In this document: in pieces, positions 1 to 7,244 of the stretch
How positions within the stretch are numbered: position 1 is the first letter of the stretch
Layout: every line of letters begins with the position of its first letter
Source: a virus
Taxonomy: Duplodnaviria; Caudoviricetes
Reading direction: 5' to 3' (one strand)
DNA length: 45,810 nt
Virus record (IMG/VR): IMGVR_UViG_3300044723_001431
Location: 1 to 45,810 of that record
Program-made: the position numbers and the translations under genes
Notes under the pieces: generated by a model
The model's database searches: none
The model's input: only the letters and a program-made list of their open reading frames with translations
Told to the model about the DNA's origin: nothing

Positions 1-50
1 CTAGTAAGAGTATTACTTAGATATCTATTGCGAGGCTTTTATTGGATGCA

Positions 51-59
51 TGTTATACT
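51..59 (+). promoter_or_regulatory. Extended -10 promoter candidate (TGt-TATACT) for the methyltransferase
   Basis: TGnTATACT ends 18 nt upstream of ATG 78. No well-spaced -35 element. Confidence 0.4.
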
Positions 60-77
60 TTTGTATGAAAGTTTTAT

Positions 78-848
78 ATGAAATATTTTAGCATTACACA
101 TCCAGCTAAAACTCAAGTTATAAACGGCGACTGTTTTGCCGTTATGGACGAAATGATAAAAAACAAGGAACAATATAGCCTAGTCATAGCAGACCCCCCT
201 TATTTTCTCAGCAACGATGGTTTAACGGCATATAAAGGCAGATTTGCAAGTGTAAACAAAGGAGACTGGGATAAATCTAAAGGTTTGCATCTAAATCACG
301 AGTTTAACAAAGAATGGTTATCTCGTTGTAAGAAATTACTTAGTCCTAGAGGCAGTATATGGGTAACAGGTACATTTCACAATATCTATAGTGTTGGTTT
401 TGCAATGCAGGAGTTAGGATTTCACATTTTAAATAACATTACTTGGGTAAAGCCATCTCCGCCACCTAATCTAAGTTGCAGAACTTTTACCCACTCTACA
501 GAAACAATACTTTGGGCTAAGGCAGATAAAAGAACTAGATATATATTTAACTATGACGATATGACTGTAGAAAACGATTACTTGCAAATGAAAGATGTTT
601 GGGAGTTCAAGCCACCTAGTAAGGAAGAAAAGACAGAGGGTAAACATCCTACGCAAAAACCTGTAGCGTTGTTTGATAGAATTGTCAGAGCGTCTGTCAG
701 AGAGAACGCAACTGTTCTTGACCCGTTCTTAGGTAGCGGTACGACAAGCATAGCGTGTCTTATGAACAACATAAATTCTGTTGGGATAGAACAAGATATT
801 GAATATTGCGAACTCGCAAAAAAAAGAATTACTAATTTTTTAAAATAA
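78..848 (+). CDS. Beta-class amino (m6A) DNA methyltransferase, DpnA/M2.MboI-like (GATC family)
   Basis: Catalytic DPPY precedes the SAM-binding VLDPFLGSGTT (beta order). Family signatures present: ADPPYFLSNDG, SVNKGDWDK, PPPNLSCR, GKHPTQKP. Confidence 0.92.
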   Translation: MKYFSITHPAKTQVINGDCFAVMDEMIKNKEQYSLVIADPPYFLSNDGLTAYKGRFASVNKGDWDKSKGLHLNHEFNKEWLSRCKKLLSPRGSIWVTGTFHNIYSVGFAMQELGFHILNNITWVKPSPPPNLSCRTFTHSTETILWAKADKRTRYIFNYDDMTVENDYLQMKDVWEFKPPSKEEKTEGKHPTQKPVALFDRIVRASVRENATVLDPFLGSGTTSIACLMNNINSVGIEQDIEYCELAKKRITNFLK

Positions 849-932
849 AAAACCGGTGCTGGCTTTAACAGAACACCGGTTTTTTAGATTGTTATTTCAA
901 TATATATGAAAAAGAACCAACAATTTCATATA
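845..932 (-). ncRNA. Candidate minus-strand small RNA (about 88 nt)
   Basis: Minus-strand TGG-TAAATT at 946-938. A 9-bp hairpin (924-932/903-911) starts at the predicted TSS. The unit ends in the 847-885 terminator. Confidence 0.3.
847..885. terminator. Bidirectional intrinsic terminator
   Basis: AAAAAACCGGTG (847-858) pairs with CACCGGTTTTTT (874-885), giving U-tracts on both strands right after the MTase stop. Confidence 0.8.
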
Positions 933-1004
933 CCAATAATTTACCATAAATAAAAACCTATACAAAACGATTTGCATTATTTTTTCTACTCGCTATTGTA
1001 TCTA

Positions 1005-1170
1005 ACTACAAGTAACTACACGCACTGGCTTTCAGAATGGGTGTAGCATTCAGAACTTATTTAAGTGGACTAGCCAGACCACACATCATCCGTCATAGGG
1101 ACATTCCTCGGCATATTTAATTTTTGGTTTGGGAGGGGCCGCACAGGGTTAGCTGTATCTAGAGACACAA
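1005..1170 (+). ncRNA. Candidate structured RNA or DNA signal region, locally GC-rich and non-coding
   Basis: TTGCAT (972-977) -16- TATTGT (994-999) upstream. Hairpins CTACAC/GTGTAG (1016-1046), GTGG/CCAC (1065-1082) and ACAG/CTGT (1143-1156). Confidence 0.3.
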
Positions 1171-1203
1171 AAATTTCTGAGAGTGTGCTACTATAAAAAA
1201 ACT

Positions 1204-1392
1204 ATGGATTATATTTACAAAGGTATGAGGTTCCGAATAAATGAAAATCAAATTATCTGGTTGGGTAAAGGAAAAAAAATAAAAGACATCTGGTCCGTAA
1301 ATAATCTTAAAAAAAAAGACATCAAAACTGAAATCATAGGAAGAATGGTGTCAATGCATTTTTTATACAAAGAGTATCTAGTTCGACTATAA
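1204..1392 (+). CDS. Small basic hypothetical protein (62 aa)
   Basis: ORF track 1183-1392. ATG 1204 is preferred because TGc-TACTAT (1186-1194) lies just upstream. Confidence 0.5.
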   Translation: MDYIYKGMRFRINENQIIWLGKGKKIKDIWSVNNLKKKDIKTEIIGRMVSMHFLYKEYLVRL

Positions 1393-1432
1393 TAAAACCC
1401 ATGAGATTAAGTTTGAATGGTACTATTGATTT

Positions 1433-1490
1433 GTCGGCTCCACTAACCGATATCCTCCCATCACTGGCTATTCTTTCGGGAATAGCCTTA
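1433..1490 (+). ncRNA. Candidate sRNA or structured leader with an anti-SD (UCCUCCC) linker and a UUCG hairpin
   Basis: TGG-TACTAT at 1418-1426. Hairpin GTCGG/CCGAT starts at the predicted TSS 1433. Linker ATCCTCCCATCACT. Hairpin GGCTATTCT-TTCG-GGAATAGCC at 1466-1487. Confidence 0.5.
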
Positions 1491-1515
1491 TCCAAAAGGA
1501 GTCCAAGCACACCTA

Positions 1516-1911
1516 ATGGCTAAAGTTCAATGGGACCCAGAAAATGAAACTTGGGCGGAGTTTAAAAAAAGAAGAAGTGCAAACTCTGGTATATCCGGTA
1601 TGGGGCAGAAAAAAAGAGAAGGCACCGGCAAGAAAAATCTTTCAGAGCTACGGGAGAAAGCTTTAAAGAGAGCAAATTATAAATGCGAATGGCCGAACTG
1701 CAATTCCAAAAAATGGCTAGAGATGGCTCACTTACGAGCAAAGGGTATGGGTGGACGCGACAGAAATATATCTGATGACCCAATGAATGTTTGTATTCTT
1801 TGTAAACATCATCACGATATATTTGACGGAAGACAACAAGTTGGTTCTAAGTTTGAATATACTGAACTTCTAAAAGGGTTTCTTGTATTACAATGGAGGA
1901 ATGGCAAATAA
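1516..1911 (+). CDS. HNH endonuclease, terminase-associated (HK97 gp74-like)
   Basis: CEWPNC ... LEMAH ... NVCILCKHHH Zn/HNH pattern, immediately upstream of terL. Confidence 0.85.
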   Translation: MAKVQWDPENETWAEFKKRRSANSGISGMGQKKREGTGKKNLSELREKALKRANYKCEWPNCNSKKWLEMAHLRAKGMGGRDRNISDDPMNVCILCKHHHDIFDGRQQVGSKFEYTELLKGFLVLQWRNGK

Positions 1912-3133
1912 GTATGTTCCTACTTTACCTCCTTTACATAAAGGACAGTTAGAAGTAGCAAAATCTGAAGCAAGATGGAAAATTCTTTGCGCAGGTAGAC
2001 GATTTGGTAAAACACGACTTGGTGTGCAACTGTGTATGGAAGTTGCACTACAAGGTGGAAGAGCTTGGTGGGTAGCACCTACATTTTCAATTGCTAGAGT
2101 TGGTTGGCGTGATATCGCTGCAAGTGCAAAATCATTTCCTAGAGAAATAGAACCAAAAGTATCTTTAGCTAATATGCAAATTGATTTAGCTAACGGAGGT
2201 TCTATTGCTGTAAGGTCTGCTGACAATCCTCAAAGACTTCGTGGTGAAGGTTTGGACTTTCTAGTTATGGACGAGGCTGCATTCGTAAAGCCAGAAGTTT
2301 GGCAAGAAGTATTAAGACCTACACTTACTGAAAGAAAAGGTTCTGCATTATTTATTTCTACTCCTATTGGTAGGGATAACTGGTTTTTTGATTTATGGGA
2401 AACAGCAGAAGAGGCAGACAACTGGCAACGATTTAGATTCTCTACTACTGACAATCCTATGATTGACCCAGAAGAAGTTGAGGCAGCTAGAACAGAAGTT
2501 GGTTCTATAGTTTTTGCACAAGAATATTTAGCAGAGTTTGTTGATGCAGGTCAGGGTATGCTTAAACCCGAATGGCTACATTACTTTACTACTGTTCCTG
2601 ATGCGGCAGGTAATATCAAATGTATCGTTGAAGGTTCAGAGTATTACTTAAGTGCATTAGAAAGATTTGGTATTGTTGACTTAGCTACTACCACTAATAA
2701 GGATTCTGACTTTACAGTAATTACATCATTCGCAAGAACTCCTGATAACAGATTGCTTGTTATTGATATGGTTAGAGCTAAATTAGAGGGTCCTGATATT
2801 ATTCCAGCGATAAAACGCGCAATGGATAAAAATAAGCTAAAATATGTAGGTATAGAACGCCAAGGTTTTCAAACCACGATAATCCAGATGGCGCAACGAG
2901 CTGGTATTCGTGTAAGAAATCTTAAAACGGATAAAGACAAAGTTACACGCGCACTACCTTTATCTGCTCGTATGGAAGCAGGTGATGTATTTTTATTACG
3001 AGATACACATTGGCTACCAGAAGTGGAAAGAGAAATTATGACCTTTCCTGCTGGTGCTCATGATGATATTATCGATACTTTATCTTACGGCGTTCAAATG
3101 TTGCAAGAACAAAGAAGCTGGAGCGCGTATTAA
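1901..3133 (+). CDS. terL: Terminase large subunit (Terminase_6-type ATPase plus RNase H-like nuclease)
   Basis: Walker A AGRRFGKT, Walker B FLVMDEAAF, coupling motif ISTP, nuclease motifs VDLA, SDFT and FPAGAHDDIIDT. ATG 1901 is chosen over TTG 1883. Confidence 0.95.
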   Translation: MANKYVPTLPPLHKGQLEVAKSEARWKILCAGRRFGKTRLGVQLCMEVALQGGRAWWVAPTFSIARVGWRDIAASAKSFPREIEPKVSLANMQIDLANGGSIAVRSADNPQRLRGEGLDFLVMDEAAFVKPEVWQEVLRPTLTERKGSALFISTPIGRDNWFFDLWETAEEADNWQRFRFSTTDNPMIDPEEVEAARTEVGSIVFAQEYLAEFVDAGQGMLKPEWLHYFTTVPDAAGNIKCIVEGSEYYLSALERFGIVDLATTTNKDSDFTVITSFARTPDNRLLVIDMVRAKLEGPDIIPAIKRAMDKNKLKYVGIERQGFQTTIIQMAQRAGIRVRNLKTDKDKVTRALPLSARMEAGDVFLLRDTHWLPEVEREIMTFPAGAHDDIIDTLSYGVQMLQEQRSWSAY

Positions 3134-5952
3134 TGGCTGAAGACAAGTCAAGATTTTCAAAAGCGTTAGATTGGTTGAATGCACCAACTGACGCAAGAAT
3201 TAGAAGAGAAGCAAATCAAAAAGGTTTAATTGTAAACCAATCAGAGTATTCATATCTTAATCAAGCAGTTATGGGTTACAACACCCAATCTGGTTATTTC
3301 GACCACAAAAAACTAGCAGAACTAGGTGACGGAACTGGTAACTCTGCTGTTATTGCATGTCTTAATGTATTGGCTACTGCGTTTGCAGAACCGGGACTTT
3401 TAGTTGCTACTAGAAATAATGAAGGTGATTATGCACAAGATATGAATCACGAATTAGCAAAACTATTCAGAAGACCTAATCCTTACATGACACAACAGTT
3501 GTTAGCAAACTATATTGTTACATCTTTAAATGCAAACGGCGACGCTTTTATCTATAAAAACAGAAATGCTAGAGGCGTAGTTGTTGAGCTAGTCCCTCTT
3601 ATGCCTCACTTAGTTGAAGCAAAAGGAAATGAGAACGAACTTATAACTCATTATCAGTATCAACCACAAGGCGGTGTACAAGGGGAAGATTCTGTACGAA
3701 TAGAAAAAGCAGATATGGTTCACTTACGCCAAAATGTTGACCCTAGTAACATGAGGCGTGGTCTTGCTCCACTTAGAGGCGTTCTAAGAGAGATAGCAGG
3801 AGACGAAGCAGCAGGACAATACACTGCGGCTTTATTACATAATATGGCGGTACCCGGAGTAATTCTCTCACCAAGAGATGACGCTATGGGTGGCCCAACG
3901 AGAGAAGAAGCTGAAGCTATTGCAGATATGTATAAGCAAAAGTTTGGTGGTAAGAACAGAGGTGCGCCTATGGTCTTATCCGGTGCTATGAATGTTGAAA
4001 TAGTATCTTTCTCTCCAGACCAAATGAAGTTAGCTGAATTAAGAAGAATCCCAGAAGAAAGAGTGTCAGCAGTTCTAGGCGTTCCAGCAGTGCTTGCCGG
4101 CCTCGGAGCTGGATTGGATTCGGCGACTTATTCAAATACAAAAGAACTTAGAGAGTTCTTTACAGAGTCAAAAATGGTCCCAATGTGGAACATGGTTGCG
4201 CAAGAACTGACTCATCAATTGTTACGACCAGAGTTCGGCGGAAATGATAATCAATACGCAGAGTTTGATATCAGTAATGTTAGAGCACTAGCTGATGACA
4301 AAGACAATCTCTATAAACGCATGAATACTGCTGTTCAAGGAGGTTGGGTAACAATTGGCGAAGCAAGAAAAGTAGTTGGGTTAGAGGCAGATGATAGACA
4401 TGATGTTTATCTTAGACCTCTTAACATGATTCAAGTTACAGAAGATGGTTCACCACTTCTTAATGACCAACCTACTAATGAACCTGCACCGGCAAATAAC
4501 AATGATGACGAAGAACCTGCACCCGAAGATGACGAAAGTAAGTTAACTACTATTGATTTACCGCCAGAGGTAGAAAGAGAAGATGTTGTTAAACCAACAC
4601 CTACTTATCTCAATGAAGAAAAATATATTGCAGAAATGCCTAATGGTGCTTTCTGTGTTATAAGCCATGAAGATGGTGAAATAATAAAATGCTTTGACAC
4701 AAGAGCAGAAGCAGAAAACTTTTTAAACAACAAAAAAGAACCAGCTGCTTTGATGAAAGATACTTACACAACTATTGAAGAAGCACAAGAGAGAGCTAAA
4801 GAATTAGGTTGCGAAGGTACACACTACATTGAAGTAGACGGAGATAAATTTTATATGGCTTGCGCTACACATCAAGATTATTTAGACGCAGTATACAAAC
4901 CTAAAAAGGACGGAGAGGTAGAAGAACTTAAAGTTTCTTTAGAAGAAGCTGAAACAATGTATGAAAAAGGTGACAAACTACATAGTCCGGAAGAAAAAGC
5001 ACCGGATAAAGTAACAAACTTTCCAAAGAGTGGAGATAATCAAAAAATAAGTTTATCTAACTCACAACATAAACAATTTCCTAGTCACGCTTATGTTAAA
5101 GACTTAAAAGAAAACTGGCCAGAGATTTGGAGAAGAGCAGGTACCGGTGGTAATCCTCCTACTTCATTTACTGGTAATGACGCTTTTAACAGATGGACTG
5201 CCTACAAAGGTGGAGATAGAAGTGAGTCAGTACTTAACTGGGTTAAGAGAAGAGAACGCTTTATGAATCGTCATAAGAAAAATAATAGACTTAACGGCAT
5301 TATTGCAGTTATGAAGTGGGGCGGAGTAACAGCTGGTGGAGTTTCACAAATGAAGTCTGTTGTAAATGACTACAAAAAAGTTATTAGAGAGAGAAGAAAA
5401 AAATCTATTGATTATGCAGAGAAATATTTATTAAAAGCAATATCTGACCAAGCTAGAGCAGGTCTTACTAGAAAAGTAGAAGACCATAATAAAAATAATC
5501 CTAAGCACAGAGCAACACTTCGTATGCTAATTGCGGTATATAACAGAGGAATAGGTGCTTATAGAACTAACCCGGGTTCAGTCAGAGGTAATGTAAGTTC
5601 AGCAGAGCAATGGGCAATGGCTAGAGTTAATGGCTTTTTAAGAGCATTGAGAACAGGTAAATTTAGAAGAAAGCCTTATGACCAAGACTTGTTGCCTAGC
5701 TCACATCCATTGTCTTCTAAAAAGTCTGGAACTAAAGCAGAATCAGTAAGAGTAGGTCAAGCTGTAAGCTGGTCAATCAACAAAGAACCAGACCCACCTT
5801 CAGTTGTGCATGGTATTGTAACATCAGTAAATGATGATGAAGCTACAATGGAAGTATGGGCTAGATTAGAAAATGGCGACCATAAAAAAACTGATAGAAA
5901 AGTCACTATGCCAATTTCAAAGCTAAGAATAATATCAGACTTTAGACAATAA
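3133..5952 (+). CDS. HK97-family portal protein (about aa 1-436) fused to a roughly 500-aa multi-domain C-terminal extension
   Basis: Portal motifs RPNPYMT, GDAFI, HLR, GLAPL, PGVIL, LGVP and TIGEAR. TAATG coupling with terL. One uninterrupted ORF to 5952. Confidence 0.93.
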   Translation: MAEDKSRFSKALDWLNAPTDARIRREANQKGLIVNQSEYSYLNQAVMGYNTQSGYFDHKKLAELGDGTGNSAVIACLNVLATAFAEPGLLVATRNNEGDYAQDMNHELAKLFRRPNPYMTQQLLANYIVTSLNANGDAFIYKNRNARGVVVELVPLMPHLVEAKGNENELITHYQYQPQGGVQGEDSVRIEKADMVHLRQNVDPSNMRRGLAPLRGVLREIAGDEAAGQYTAALLHNMAVPGVILSPRDDAMGGPTREEAEAIADMYKQKFGGKNRGAPMVLSGAMNVEIVSFSPDQMKLAELRRIPEERVSAVLGVPAVLAGLGAGLDSATYSNTKELREFFTESKMVPMWNMVAQELTHQLLRPEFGGNDNQYAEFDISNVRALADDKDNLYKRMNTAVQGGWVTIGEARKVVGLEADDRHDVYLRPLNMIQVTEDGSPLLNDQPTNEPAPANNNDDEEPAPEDDESKLTTIDLPPEVEREDVVKPTPTYLNEEKYIAEMPNGAFCVISHEDGEIIKCFDTRAEAENFLNNKKEPAALMKDTYTTIEEAQERAKELGCEGTHYIEVDGDKFYMACATHQDYLDAVYKPKKDGEVEELKVSLEEAETMYEKGDKLHSPEEKAPDKVTNFPKSGDNQKISLSNSQHKQFPSHAYVKDLKENWPEIWRRAGTGGNPPTSFTGNDAFNRWTAYKGGDRSESVLNWVKRRERFMNRHKKNNRLNGIIAVMKWGGVTAGGVSQMKSVVNDYKKVIRERRKKSIDYAEKYLLKAISDQARAGLTRKVEDHNKNNPKHRATLRMLIAVYNRGIGAYRTNPGSVRGNVSSAEQWAMARVNGFLRALRTGKFRRKPYDQDLLPSSHPLSSKKSGTKAESVRVGQAVSWSINKEPDPPSVVHGIVTSVNDDEATMEVWARLENGDHKKTDRKVTMPISKLRIISDFRQ

Positions 5953-6036
5953 AAAACTAAATCCACAAAACATAGTATAAAATAGTTAAGACGCACATCT
6001 GAATAATCTATTGTACAATTTAAGATTGAAGGATGT

Positions 6037-7218
6037 ATGAATAACGAATCTAAAAATATCGACATAGAGTTGAAAGATGACTCTGGTCAAGTAGAAGCAG
6101 TTTTCAGTATATTCAATTCCCTTGACAGTGATGGGGATGTTGTTATGCCGGGAGCTGTCAAATCGGGTTTTAAAAATAACCAAGTTCCAATGGTATGGTC
6201 TCACAAATGGGATATGCCTATTGGAAAAGGAACAATTGCTCAAGACGATGATAAAGCAGTGTTCAAAGGTGAGTTCTTTATGGACACCGAGTCTGGTAAA
6301 GAAGCTTACAACCTAGTTAAGAATATGGGCGATATGCAACAATGGTCATTCGGCTATAAAGTTAACGATTCAGATTTTGGTAAGGCAAAAGATAAAGGCG
6401 GAGACGATACAAACGCTAGATATCTAAAAGACCTTACTGTATACGAAGTCTCTCCAGTACTAGTTGGTGCAAACCAAGACACATACACATTAGCTATTAA
6501 ATCAAACACAGAGTTGTTGAAAGAAATAACTGATGTTAAAGGTGATGAAAAAGAATCATCTGGATGTGGTGACAATTGTGGTTGTAATCAAAAAAGTTAC
6601 GGAGATGACGAAGAAGAAATGAAATCTTGTAAGTATCACGACGGTGGTCCTTGCATGAAAATGGAGGATGATAAAAAAGAAATGAAGAGTGAAGAAGATT
6701 TAGAAGTTTCACAGGAAGACAGCAAGTCTTTCTCTGAAGAAGTCATAGATGTGCTTGCTGCATTAGATGACTTAGTAGCCCGAGCAAAGGCAATATCTAT
6801 GCTCCGTGGTGAAGATGGTAGGAAATTAGGCGTAAAAGCCACCGAAGCACTTCGTGCAGTCGCAGACGACTTGAACGACGCTTGGACCGAGATTGATGAG
6901 TTCATCGGAAATGTCGGAACTGAGGGTGCTTTGGAGTTAGAAGTAGAAGAAGAACTTGTGGAAGATGAACAAGCTGAAACAGAAGAGGTAGCTGAGGCTT
7001 CAACTGATACTATTGATGTTGAAACTGAAGTCGAAGAAGTTACTGAGGAAGAAGCACCAGCAGAGGAACCTGCTGTTGAAGAACCGGAAGATGAAGCTGC
7101 TGAAGAAGAAACTCCAGAAGATAACACTGACTCCTCTGACGAAGAGTTTGACGCTGAGTGGGTGAGGGCTCAACAAATCATTGCTGAATCCTTAGCCGAA
7201 GAAATAGAAGAAGTATAA
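6037..7218 (+). CDS. HK97-type prohead maturation protease (S78-like) with a long acidic, scaffold-like C-terminus
   Basis: DSDGDVV.PGA, VWSH, PIGK, QWSFGY and LTVYEVSPVLVGAN motifs. Located between portal and capsid. Confidence 0.92.
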   Translation: MNNESKNIDIELKDDSGQVEAVFSIFNSLDSDGDVVMPGAVKSGFKNNQVPMVWSHKWDMPIGKGTIAQDDDKAVFKGEFFMDTESGKEAYNLVKNMGDMQQWSFGYKVNDSDFGKAKDKGGDDTNARYLKDLTVYEVSPVLVGANQDTYTLAIKSNTELLKEITDVKGDEKESSGCGDNCGCNQKSYGDDEEEMKSCKYHDGGPCMKMEDDKKEMKSEEDLEVSQEDSKSFSEEVIDVLAALDDLVARAKAISMLRGEDGRKLGVKATEALRAVADDLNDAWTEIDEFIGNVGTEGALELEVEEELVEDEQAETEEVAEASTDTIDVETEVEEVTEEEAPAEEPAVEEPEDEAAEEETPEDNTDSSDEEFDAEWVRAQQIIAESLAEEIEEV

Positions 7219-7244
7219 GCAATATAGATTGGAGAAATCTAAAA

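Noticed and set aside
1005-1170. Self-cleaving ribozyme or 6S-like RNA
   Set aside because: No hammerhead core (CUGANGA/GAAA) in a suitable arrangement, and end-to-end pairing does not extend beyond about 11 imperfect bp.
1375-1395. GTTCGA T-loop-like sequence suggesting a tRNA
   Set aside because: No cloverleaf stems can be formed around it. No tRNA was found in the window.
849-1515. CRISPR or mini-array
   Set aside because: The repeats are only 6-13 nt and irregularly spaced.
1401-1523. 40-codon ORF MRLSLNGTIDL... downstream of a TATAAT
   Set aside because: It overlaps the structured RNA candidate and the HNH start, and has atypical codon usage. The RNA explanation fits better, though a leader peptide is not excluded.
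1901-5952. Intein or intron as the cause of the long portal, or within terL
   Set aside because: TerL has normal length. The portal extension is C-terminal and lacks intein ends (N-terminal Cys, C-terminal HN) and LAGLIDADG motifs.
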